Assembly (NCBI RefSeq): GCF_964355755.1
Contig: NC_092676.1
Coordinates: 20,230,871 to 20,294,870 of the forward strand
Direction of reading: 5' to 3'
Length of the DNA: 64,000 nucleotides
DNA from: Antedon mediterranea
Lineage: Eukaryota > Animalia > Echinodermata
In this document: positions 35,368-48,056 of the stretch, one piece after another
Layout: the number at the start of each line of letters is the position of its first letter
Position numbering within the stretch: the stretch's first letter is position 1
The notes under the pieces: model-generated
What the model saw: the letters and a program-made list of their open reading frames with translations, nothing else
Databases searched by the model: none
Told to the model about the DNA's origin: nothing
Made by a program: the position numbers and the translations under genes

Positions 35368-35638
35368 TTCGTTTTGAAATACGTTGAATCTCATGATTAT
35401 TTTGCTTTTGTGATTGTGATGCCGCCTGTTCCATTGTCTGTCCTAAAATGAGTCGACAAAGTAGCCTTGATGTAAGGGAATCAGCTAAGCAAATTTCTTC
35501 TACTGTTGAATAATCTAACGTTAGTGGTTCTTCACTATCTTGATATACAGGTCTGCCATTTACAGTAGATGATGTCGATGATAGTAAGATTGAAAGTACC
35601 AGTAATATCAGTGGAAAAGTATATGTTCTTACTTCCAT
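35368..35638 (-). CDS. Secreted prohormone/neuropeptide-precursor-like protein, coding exon 1
   Basis: Signal-peptide-like MEVRTYTFPLILLVLSILLSSTSSTVNG, acidic pro-region with 2 Cys, ends RISKR-A|GTAAGT (phase 1); acceptor tgtacag 11 nt upstream of the ATG; AAAATGG Kozak context. Confidence 0.8.
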
Positions 35639-38600
35639 TTTATGTATTTCTGTACAGATAAAACAAATATATATATATTTTTGTTATTAAACAGTAAAAA
35701 TTGATATTTGTAATATTTTATACAAAACAACGAAATTTGACTTTCGGATAAACACAACATTGATATGAAATAGTATTAGTAGAAAACATGCACACAAAAC
35801 ATTTGGTTTAACACAGTTATGTCGCCCCCATGCGATTTACTTAGACATACTTATAAGATACTGTATATAATTGGTTATTTTGTCGCTAAATATCTTTTTT
35901 TTTCTTTTTATTTCATTTCATGGATAAAAGTGGGAACGAAGATTTAGTCTATAATTATGTAGATAATACGATCTACTGTAAAATATGACGTGGGTCAAAG
36001 TGGGAACGAAGCTTTAATCTTCTATAATTATATAGATAACACAATATACTTTAAAGTGGATACTGTATAATCTTATTTTATGCGTTTATATTATAGAATC
36101 ATGATATTTCATAAAGGTAACACCGTGACTATTTCAGGGCAAAGTACGATCATACATCAGCATTACATCTTGACATACAAAAACCTTGCCACTAAATGTT
36201 TTGCATAATTATCGTATATATTTACTTCTCTTAAAATCGCATGCGACGAAGATATTGAGCGGTTAATTCCCCTTTTAGATCTGTGTATCGAGACCATGAT
36301 AAAGTAAGCTTGGCTGCTTATGTTATCATAACAATTATGCACTAATAAATATAAGAACGCAGCAATAAGCAGGTGGCGTTGCTGAAATTGCTGCGACCTA
36401 TTGTCATAACGCTTTAAAAAGGCATCAGGAGTGCCTTTAATCTCATCAGTGCGTGCGTCAAAGAAATAATAATCAAAATAATTTAACAGCCTAACGAGCA
36501 CGAGTAAAACAGTTGCTGAACATCCATGAATAATAACATGTTTCGTAACTGTTATTTTCTTCCGGTTTCCAATTCATTGGATGATTTGACTGTAACTTAC
36601 GGTGGCGACATGTCCGTTTATAAATAGATGGACTATTTCATCGCTCATTACATGTCATGCATCATTTAAGCGCGTTCGTAACCATGGTGATGCAATTAAG
36701 GGAATCGATTAGTATTTTGTTAATGGAATTAAAATATATTTTTAAAGTCAAATTTGTTATCTGGGGAAACAACAATTGTTTGTTTCACGCGATGTGCCCT
36801 AGTATTTCTTATGTTAGTTTTTCAGAATGCGGTTGAATTTAATATGTGATAAACCTAAGCCTTTGATTCAGTAAATGTAGCACTAATCAACACATCTATA
36901 AACCCAAACCTAATACATATTCAAAGGGCAAGAAAAGTTGTGATGTCGTTCACACCTAAATAAATTTACAAGTTTATAACAAAAATGGTGGTGCCATATA
37001 TTCAGATTTGAATTGACCCTTGGTTTTGGTGAGCCCCATTTCTCGCGTCCGTGTGAACTAATCTTTAGCAGTTGCGAAGGAGCACATAATTTGCTATTAA
37101 CCTTGATCGCTGCAACAAGATGATGACGAGCAAAATCACCTTTAAAGTTAATCAACCTATTCACCTGCATTAATCAGGAAAAACTAATTATCTTTTCTGC
37201 AATTTTGATAAATGTGTTTATTACCGACATTAAACCGTGATTGTTCTCGAATGTGGGTTATTATATGTAGTTCTCTCTTATTAACTTCCACTGCGAGATA
37301 TTAACCAAATATCTACACACATCAATTCTTGCGTCTAATTTAGCATTAATTACAACGCTGCCACACATCTTTCAGTTTTAATTTTATATCACAAACATTT
37401 CTTTCATTGTACAGTATTCCCGTATATAAACAAGCTTGGTTTAGAGCAGCATTGTGAAATATGTTCTTTAATTCTAGTTTCTAAATGCTTTTGTATGAAT
37501 TTATCTGAATGAATGTCAGTTTTAATAGAATGTATAACAGGGTATTCTCGGAAACGTTAAGAATAAAGACCCATTATTCTAATTAATAATAATGAATAAT
37601 AAATCACAAATTGTAGTTTTCGAGAGACATGCATAGCTAGATTTACGATAGGTTTGTGGAAACGCTGTGAGTGTAAAACGCGCGGTTATTACGGTTCAAA
37701 GTAACAAAATACACGTCACATGCGCAGTTTGGTGAATATCGCTCACGCAATTTGAAACGGTTTTTCAAGCGATCAATTACGCGGAACGCGTACACCCTCA
37801 TTGACACAACGGTTGCGCGATAGGTTGCACCTCGTGTTCACCTCATATATCGGTGTGAACCAACCCAGGCACATACGCGTCGATTGATATGAAACATTAC
37901 TTAAATAATTGTGACGGATTTCACATATAATTGTTTTATTTTTAATAATTGGATTAAGTCATCGTACTGTCAAAGAACTTTAAATGAAATCGCAAACAAT
38001 AATTCGTGAACTATTAGTATCATTATCATTCGGCATGTCGAAATATGACCAGACTAGCGTAATACAGTAGCGAAGTAAATGTACTATTTGTCGAAATACC
38101 TTGCTACAGTTATACCATACGATTGGAATGTCAACCTTTTAAACTATAAACTAAAATATTTGATTGCGAAAATAGATTTATCCCCTAAATCCGTCTCATT
38201 CGTTGGAATGAACAGTTGCAATACTTGCGCTATGCCACATTCCGTCGTCAATTAGACAAATTTCAATTACCAAGTGTGCACATATATTATTTAATAGGAA
38301 AACACCTTTATACACTTTAATTTTAACGTGAAACGGATGCAACCTATTTGTACTGTAAACTGAAACGTCTTCAGAAGCGAACATCACTGTTTTATTTAAT
38401 CGTATTGATCCCAAAATGGAAAACGTACACATTGGCGCACTTCCAATGCGTTCATTAATCGATGCTATATATGGCAAAGGTGGATGTTGGCAATTCATTC
38501 ATTCAATCTTGTAGTAGTAAAACGGTCTTGTTTACTTCCGTGTGCCATGTCGTAATGAAAGATGGTTCCCTAAACATATAATTAACGTCTATAAATTCAA

Positions 38601-39159
38601 TATTAGAGTACTGAATAACGAAAGTCAATTAACACATTTCTAATTCATTAATTCGCTAATGTTTCGCAACGGAATTACACGCTTCTAACCTATTATATTT
38701 GATAGGAACGTGTTTTTTTTTTGCCGTATGACTATCAATAATGAAAGGCAGGAGCTGAGGAACACAGTATTTGTCAAATTAGTGGTAAATCATGAATAGG
38801 CATTGTAGAAATGAAAAGCGTCACCGTAGATAAACAGTTCTTAATTTAACATAAATTATTATCAAATTATACACAATTTATACTTAATACTCAACAGCGA
38901 TGATTTTTCTGCAGATACTCGATTTTGTCGTATTTTTTTTTTTTTTTACAGTAAAACATCTTTAAAGTGGACAATATTATTTATCCTAATAATGTCGCCA
39001 ATTTCCGATTTTACACTATGGAGGTACATACCTCTATGATACAATCAACGTTTAGTCACATGACATACTGCAGAAGAATGATCAACGATGAATATGGATT
39101 ATTGGTATATTAATACAAAAATATGGGGTGGGCTGAACGATTTTCAAAACCAATAAAAA

Positions 39160-39475
39160 AAATAATAATAATAATAATAATAAATAATAATATATTTATA
39201 CAGGATAAAACAATCAGATAACAGTGTATCTGTTTTACATTGTGGTCCTGTCTTAATCAAAATATACAAAAGAGAAACTTAATTAAATATAATACATGTC
39301 AGTTTTTATGAAAAGAAATGAGATTTGTATCTAGCCTTAAAGGACGTAATTGTTGGTGCCGATTTAATATTAATTGGCACCAAAGGACGAATTCATTTTA
39401 CTAAGAGTGTATTTAGGTATTGTTACATTCAAATTTTCTACTCCACGTGTTAAGTGGGTGTGAATATCGCGAATC
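39160..39475 (-). mobile_element. Decayed L2/CR1-group LINE 3' end with (TAT)n tail
   Basis: Minus-strand translations HTHLTRGVENLNVTIPKYTLSK and VPINIKSAPTITSFKARYKSH; 3' stem-loop-like segment followed by TAT repeats. Confidence 0.6.
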
Positions 39476-40673
39476 AAAAAATATATATAATAATAAATAA
39501 AAAAACTTCAATAACGGATAAAAAATGAATGAACGAATACAATTTACATGTCTTTTTCTTACGCATCAATACGATACTATACGACAGGTAAGTGATAATA
39601 ATGCCATTCGTATTACGAATTGAATGAGATAATAAACCTCGATATCATCACACTGTATTTCGATGGCTTACATTATTCGTTGAATCCTCATTTCAAAAGA
39701 GTTACCGAATATTGTTGGAGATTAGCTACACCACGCTAACCGACGAAACATTATATCTGCCGGATTACTTCAAAATCTCACTTAAAAACATTCTTTTCAG
39801 CTTGGTGACAATTTGCATATTAAAAACCGACCAAGAATGCCGCAGTTAATAATGCATGATTATCTCGACTGAGATACAAAAATAGATAATAAATAGATAA
39901 ATACAAAAAAAGGGGGAAATTAAACAAGTTAAACTAAAGAACAAGAAATGAAAAGGTTTTGGAAAAAATTACTCTCTCATTAAAAATCTATTAACCTTTA
40001 AAGATTGTATATTTATAAGCGTGGTTTGAAAAAAAAAAGAAAAAAAATATTTAGCGACAAAATAGCCAATTATATACAGTACCTATATTGGGTGCTTTAT
40101 AATGATATTTATAATAATTAGTGTACACTTACCTATATAGATTCTTATATTATATGAATATGAATATACATGATATGCATAATTAATTATTGATAGAACA
40201 TTAATATTAATACTTACAAATTGATTAATTGCAGTGTAAATTATTATTTCCCGACTTGTCGCTCTATTCCAATAGTAATATTTGTTTCTCAAAACTTCGA
40301 CACAAAAAGACTTTTAAATCAAGAAAAGAAATTGTTTCATCCTATTCATAAAATATCTGCTTTGGAACAAATAGCAAATAACTTCATATATATATATATA
40401 TGTGCTGCCACCCCGCAGTATACACGCAGCCAATGGGTGTCGAGTTGAACCGGTTCCGGATCTTAGGGGCGTTACATCCATTTCAGTGATCTGAAGAATT
40501 TCTACTTATTATTAGTTAGTACGTTTACGCAGATAAAACAACAGTGATATCGATTATATATATTAATATAAATAATAGCATGTACAGCTATCGCTATTGC
40601 ACGTAACTATTTGATACACACAAGTTGTATATGACTCTGTGGAGTTAACAGTGCCGAATATTATAATCACAGT

Positions 40674-40838
40674 GTGTTGATAACAAAGTTTGCGGTACAC
40701 GACGTTTCGATCAATATACTTTGATCGTCCTCAGGAGTGAGAACGATCAAAGTATATATGGATCGAAAAGTCTAGAAACTCAGCAGTTCTTTTCAGATAT
40801 ACGTGGTATAGGCCTACCGCAAACTTTATATCAACATT
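40674..40838. mobile_element. Palindromic element with a minimal hammerhead ribozyme core (Penelope-like-derived)
   Basis: Arms TGTTGATAACAAAGTTTGCGGTA / TACCGCAAACTTTATATCAACA; the minus strand reads ACTC-CTGAGGA-C-GATCAA-AGTATA-TTGATC-GAAACGTC-GTGT. Confidence 0.7.
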
Positions 40839-40963
40839 ACATATGATTTTTCCATGCAAACTTTTAAACAATATAATTACAGTGTGATTATGAATTAGGA
40901 TGACAATGGAATTGCGGTAAAATATTCAAATAATAATTGTATTACAGTAGTTTCGCCTCCTTT

Positions 40964-41291
40964 GGGACACTCCTGTAGGGGGACACTCCTGTAGGGGGAC
41001 ACTCCTGTAGGGGGACACTCCTGTAGGGGGACACTTCTGTAGGGGGACACTTCTGTAGGGGGACACTCCTGTAGGGGGACACTCCTGTAGGGGGACACTC
41101 CTGTAGGGGGACACTCCTGTAGGGGGACACTCCTGTAGGGGGACACTCCTGTAGGGGGACACTCCTGTAGGGGGACACTCCTGTAGGGGGACACTCCTGT
41201 AGGGGGACACTCCTGTAGGGGGACACTCCTGTAGGGGGACACTCCTGTAGGGGGACACTCCTGTAGGGGGACACTCCTGTAGGGGGACACT
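40964..41291 (+). repeat. 16-bp minisatellite (GGGGGACACTCCTGTA)n, about 20 copies
   Basis: Near-perfect array; two adjacent units carry the same C>T variant. Confidence 0.97.
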
Positions 41292-42123
41292 TTCCCATGA
41301 AACGAACGACAGGAAATATGGCACGCTAACCCGTCAATATGAAATATGCCTATATACTAAATGTGACTTATTTTACATGTTTGCAATTATTATTGTAAAT
41401 TATTACCTATACAACAGTTCAGTCTTTACTGAAATCATCAGTTTTGTTTTGTCATTATAATACCACTAATATGATTGATTTGTACCACGCAGGAATTTCG
41501 TGTGAACACTTTTTATTGAGGATCGTACAAAAATCCGTGGGTCTTTTTTTGAAATAGCATCCGAATTGATTGCATGGTTAAGTTTTTAGTATGTCCTTAG
41601 ACATAAACCAACGGACATCTTACTGACCACAATAACTAGACGTTTGACAGAATATGACATCAAAATCGTCATCATATTTGTTTGACACTGTCTGGTCACA
41701 AGTGGGCCTAACCGTTATAATTCAATTCATCACAATTGACCATTGTTATATTAGTGTAGACATGGCCGAAAATGAATTTATTTAAAATTGATTTAATAAG
41801 TTTATTTTAAACAGTTTTTAGGATTGTAACTTTTATTTAATAGCGTTTTCTCCACATTTAGACACAAAAAAAAACACCCTCGGCTATAGAAAATTAAGCA
41901 AAGCACTCTTCTTTTGTGAAGAATTGTATTAATTTGGAACCTGATTTATATGGTATTTTTCAATAAGTTGTTACGTTGTATTTATTGTTGACCGGTACGG
42001 ATGACCAAAAGTAAACATTGGAGATTGGAGATTTAAATCGTTTAAAAAATGAGCAGTGATTGTGAATGTTGTCTGACTACTAAACTCATGGCCGGGTATA
42101 AAGCATCAACTGTAGAAACGAGA

Positions 42124-42483
42124 CGCTTGTTACAACCGTTAATGTAGAAAACGCCAGCTTATGTCGAAACAACCGTTGATGTAGAACAACCAACCGCTTA
42201 TGTAGTAAAACCTCCAGCTTATGTAGAAACACCAACAGCTTATGTAGTAAATAAAAATCAACACCAGCTAATGTAGAAACAGTCAACAGCTTATGTAGTA
42301 ACGAAAATTTCCTCCCAGCTTATGTAGTTACTATCGCCAGCTAATGTAGAAAATGTTATATATTTTACAAAAATGTCTCATTCATGTGCAAATGCATCGA
42401 TCTTTACTTAGCTATCAGTCTTTCCACCTCTTGGTTGTTTCGACATTAGCTGGCGTTTTCTACATTAGCGGTTGTAACAACGC
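42124..42483. mobile_element. TIR element with internal ~21-bp subterminal repeats
   Basis: TTGTTACAACCGTTAATGTAGAAAACGCCAGCTTATGTCGAAACAACC ... GGTTGTTTCGACATTAGCTGGCGTTTTCTACATTAGCGGTTGTAACAA; repeated CAGCTTATGTAG. Confidence 0.75.
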
Positions 42484-43003
42484 TTCGCATCAGGCATTCT
42501 TAAAAGACTTGCTTCAAGTCTGTAGTTATTGTATTTTTTTTGTAGTCCATCAGTCGGCGTTTGGTTTTTTTTTTGGGTGAGATCAAGATTATACGTATGA
42601 AACGTCATATGTGCCAAAATATTTTACTAAAATTAATTTGAAAATACGTCTAGATCCTAGACTACAGGCCACCGCCTTTGCGCTCTGATAAAAAGTTAAC
42701 TGAGTAAACTCATGTTTTAATGTGATTGATGTTCCACTATTTGTTGATGATAAATGTCTTCATCTCGGCTTAGCGGTTGCTGAAAGTTGCATTTAGCATG
42801 AATATCTAGATTATTGTTCTTAATTTGTTTGAATTTACATTGATCACATCACAGTAGCTAATTATTCATTCCAAAGTAAGAAAACATACACATTCCAATA
42901 AGTACATATAGCAATAACGAGCTTTTTAGAATATTCGTCTAAGTTTGAAGTTACAACAAGTGGATCATACGTGATACTGTATCTCAGCCTGCTGTGGATT
43001 AAC

Positions 43004-43117
43004 CCGGTTTCCCACTAGAACGCAACGCAAGGACGTAAGCCAAGCGAATTGACCATTCACAAGCGACATCGCTTTTGATATGGCCAATTCGCTTGCGTTG
43101 CGTCTAGTGGGAACCAC
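43004..43117. mobile_element. MITE family C copy
   Basis: GGTTTCCCACTAGAACGCAACGCAAG ... CTTGCGTTGCGTCTAGTGGGAACC. Confidence 0.75.
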
Positions 43118-46100
43118 CAAACTTTAAGGAGAATGATAATGCATAGGATGATGGCTATGATAATATATAACAGGACACAAACGTTGACGACGTGCGTTAT
43201 CAAATGTTGTTAATAAGTTTCTCTCTTGTTCCACGTGACGGATCTTTTTTTTTGACAAAATGTAAGTCTGGCGGATGATAATAAACGTTACACAATGAAT
43301 AAGTCACTCTTGTTTAAGTCTCCTTGCGTCATTGCGGTGGTGTATTATATCCAGCTACGAAAACTGAGAACATAAATGGTACCCAACCTATGTCAAAATG
43401 TCAATACTAATATACAATAATTCACGGCAACCATTTTTAATGTAATGCGAATTTAATCCCATCCACCCACAGCAACCTTTGAATATATGAAATGATAACA
43501 TCAATAATTGTATGATTCATTTTTTTTCCAGTAAAGCCATTTATTTTGTGGGGCCTTTTACAATCACAGCATCTCGCGTGCTTGTAACGTTTATTTCTGC
43601 TGTGCCACAGAATAAGACCAAACAACGCTATAACGTTAAATGACATCGCGGTACATAAATAAAAACCGTTGGTTAATAAGTATTGCGCGTGCGCGCTCAG
43701 TAATACGTCACACCTGATATACTATGTTTCATATGTCTATTGACAAACTGAAAAACAATATAATTGTTAGATGTAATGGGTTTCGGATAAATCATGCTGT
43801 ATAAAAAGGAATTATCACGGGGAATGGGTTAATTGTTAACTTCCAACTAACCATAACCTACGTGATTATCTCCTATGAAACCTAACGCGTAATAAGATGA
43901 CGTCACATGTATGGTTGCTATTATTGCGTACGCGTTCACATGTGTATTTCACTCAGTAACGAGGTATGGTCTTTGTGTTTCGTTCACACTTACCTAATAG
44001 TGTCAATGACTTTCACAATATACATGTCAATCATTTATTCTAATATTTATCTCCATATTGATTGTGTTTATAACTTCACAATGGGTGCTGCGTGGTGGTT
44101 TAAGTGGTAAACTAGATTCGCGTTCACACGCGCACTCTCACGGATTATTTCCAGGTTGTTTTATACTGACAGCAGCACGATCAATCAAACTTCATATGAA
44201 GGGGTTTACAAATTAGGAATGACAAACACCATTATCATCGTTTTAGACCGCCAACCTGAACATGAATGACAAACATGAATTTCTAGGAACAATTATCTTC
44301 CATCTAACCTACAGTACGTCACATGACTAATAGATACATAATGAAAGTGTTATGTATATACCATCATTACCTAATAGTGTAGCCACACGATTTAAAAAGT
44401 AGCGATAGTATTCGTCATCAGCGAAAATGTATATAGCTATTTGACAATATAAACAAACTGTGAGAGTGAGTGCCTGTGAAAGACTGTCATTCACCCCCTG
44501 ACCCGAAGATCGTTATTTTACTGCTGTGGTCAGGTTTTCCTATTCAAATATTTATTTACGGTTATTCATGAACTTAAATGGATAAACGATTGAATGTTGT
44601 ATTATACAAGTGATTGATCAATTATAACAGCAACATGATCAATGTATTACCCGGATAAATAACCAGGATGGAAGATTTAATTGGTCATTATGGAATATCA
44701 CGTGATTTTTTTTTAATTATGCAGTAAACATCCACATCATTAAAGATATATTGTCCCCCTGAAAAAATACTTTTTACAAATGTTGTTGTTGAATATGCCA
44801 TTTTAATTCCACATAATAGTTATTCACTTTGACCAAAAATTGAATCTAAATGAACTGAATATAAATATTGATTATAAGATGAACCCTACGGCACTCATAA
44901 CAATATTGTATTTTTGTATTATATTAAGGTTAATCATGTATCAAGTGTACTATGCCACATTTGTGTTTCCTCGCATGAACTTTCATTATTTTAGAAGTAC
45001 AATGTTTTGTATTTATTTTATCTCAGCATGACTCTTTATAATTCTGTGGTATCATCAGAAGAAATTCGTGATAAATGAACGACGGGGTTGGTTTCAAGTT
45101 AAATTAAAGATGGAAATGGAGGATGAAATAAATTCGTTACTTCTCCATTTCAAGCGGTTGAAAAGTAAATGTTTTCCGGTGGTATAGATCCAAATTGGAC
45201 AGAGCTCACTGGTCGATAAGACCAATTATCGATGCGAATCCAACTGGTTGGGAGAGAAACAAGCCCCTCTCAACAACACAGTTAGACCTGTTCTAAGTAT
45301 TGTATCTTAATTTGTTCTGTATCTAGCAAAGTGTGGTTATAAAGTTTCACATGTTCGTCACATATTACAAATGTATCAGGAACTATTTCTAAATGTTGGT
45401 TAAAGTTATGAGAAACAACGTCACCAGTTGCTCAATGAATGAGTGATAAAAATGTTATAAACCATTGTCAATCAGCAATTATACAACTTTGTGATAGGCG
45501 TTGTTGAGATATCATAATGTACATTATGTGTCGATCTTAATTGTTCTGTTTTAGAAGTTCAGTGAAATCAATTTAGAACCATTAGAATACAACATGTTAG
45601 TTTGGTTCGTATTGACGTTTCTTGACGTCTCTGACGGATGTTGTGATTTATAAAAGAATGTTAAGACATTCGCTGTCAGTCAAAATTATAGGAAGCAGTT
45701 TTTACTAATTATTTTCAAAAGAACGTGGTAATGTTTCGGAAGAAACCGGAGACAATTCCATGATCGATAATGATAAAAGAAGAACAGTTAATTGTTACGA
45801 TATGGTGCTATTTTGGTACCTCTTTACAGTAGACTGTGTATAGGCCTACGAGTATAACTCATCTATCCATCTCACCTGTGTTTGAATTGAATCTCAATTT
45901 TTTTACTTGGCTGTATCTACTTATCGCTTCCAATTGACCCATAATGGCGATGAAAATTGTCAATAACAATTTAGTAATATTAGACTGTAATACTCATAAA
46001 TTTGTACAAAATTAATGATAATTTCTTTGAATAATGGATAGCTACTATTACTAAGTATAATTTCATTTTTAAAATAGAGGAGATTAAACCGTCCGTTTTT

Positions 46101-47969
46101 CTTATCGTTCCTAGAATAAGATAAGCCGAATAATTGTCATAAATGACACATTATCGGTACCTTTACTATTAGTAATTTATCACATATTTTAACCAAATGG
46201 CATTGATGTAAACGTAAATATTAATGGGTTTCTTTTTAAATGTTTAAATGTTTTAATACCCATGTAAAATGATCGTTATATTAATGAGGAATAATCGTGT
46301 ACACATACATATTAATTTCGCATTCATGTTACCGGAGCCTTCCATCATTCCTTCTTTTTTCACTTATTGTCTTCTTCAATTTATCTCACTATAAATAATC
46401 CTTGGAGTCAGCATGTTTGTTGTCATCATTGTCTTCTTCTCTGTTCTTCGCTGTCAATTGTAGTCGACATGTTTGTCATCATTTATTGTCCTCTCTGTTT
46501 CTCGCCTTCATCTCCATGCTTGTCAATATATTCTTCTACGTCTATATGTTGTCTGTTCATAACCGTTTTCAAAGTCTTATCGTCATTTTCGCCTTGATCT
46601 CCCGTTTACGAAATCGCCATCATCTCCACAACCGGTATATTTAGTCGCCGTATCTAGAATTCGACACATTAATTCACGTTAAACACAGATGAATATTATA
46701 GATGTGCCTTATTTTATTCACAACATCATACACGTTTCATAATCTATATTATATTACAATAGTGATATTCTGCGCCCCAGATTAACTTATCATGTCCAAT
46801 ACATTTACTATTTATTGCTGTCCTCATCATAACTTTACTTCGGTACTTAATACACGTTCATTTGTCATTTTGTTTTCTAAATTATCTCTCTTTTCCCACT
46901 CTATTTTTCAAACTTTGGTGAATCTATCTATCAATTTCTAACAATGTCTTTTGTTCACGTTTTATCAACTTTTTCATTTTTCTAATAAAAATTATTAGTC
47001 CATCAAGATATGCATTGACATAGTTCAGCAGATTTTGCAGACTAAAACTCTACTAATAAATTGAGCGATTATTATTTCTATTATTAATTACTTCATTGCT
47101 ATTATACTGTATTATTCGAATATTATTACTGAATATTATCAATAGCCATATTATTAATGATAGTATTGTTGTTATAATAACATATAGTAATAATAATAAA
47201 CAAAATTTCATATTAAAGTACGATGGATGTAGTAAATTTGTGATTTGGGAGTGTCCCTGAATATCGGTTGGCTGTTAGTGTTTATTTGGAAGTGTCCACT
47301 TGATAGAGGTGTCTAAAAGGGAGTGATTTTTAGTGTATTTTTCTTATTGACTCGATAAAACAAAACATTTTTGCGATACTATATTTATTTCGTCCGACTT
47401 ACGTCATCGCTTTTATATTATCAGTGTTCGATTATTTTGGTTTTAATAGTTTTATCAGTAGGCATATACTATAATGATAATATTATGAATGTATTATTAA
47501 TAATAAAAATAAAGACAAGTTCACTAGAAAAGTGCAGAGCGATATTGGTGTTGAAAATAAAGCAAAAGATATCATTAATATCGATATTTTTATTTTTAAA
47601 AAAAGTTTCCAATATTTTGTCCATTACCATTACAATCCGACATTCGATTTTTCTATGTTACCTAATCTTGTCATTATGTAATTTATTGTTTCTTAATAAT
47701 TAAAAAAAAACATTAGCTTTAGTCATTCATGAAAAATCTATTTAGATTTTTTTTGATAATTAAAAATATATGGTCCACCCGCAAAATATGTTTAAATTTT
47801 GTTTGGTGAATATGCCATTGGCATAAAAATTTGAACAAAACAAATGTATTTACATGAAAAAACTGTAAAAAGCAAAAAGGATCAAATTGGCTGCCAGCCA
47901 ATAGAATTTTTATTGAATTTAACCATTTATTATGTTATTTTATAAGTGAAAACATTTTTGTTTTGTTCT

Positions 47970-48056
47970 ACAGCTCACTATGTTGGTCGGTCGGTCGGTA
48001 AACACTAACTCAAATTTGAAGCACGCCACTGCAGCTATGTATATGGCCTTGTTTTT
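47970..48056 (+). mobile_element. DINE-1/HINE-like fragment
   Basis: AGCTCACTATGTTGGTCGGTCGGTCGG ... GGCCTTGTTTT, matching the 20325-20635 element. Confidence 0.5.

Noticed and set aside
40895-41324. Three overlapping repetitive ORFs (SPYRSVPLQECPPTGV)n
   Set aside because: Artefact of a stop-free 16-bp minisatellite; no splice or compositional support.
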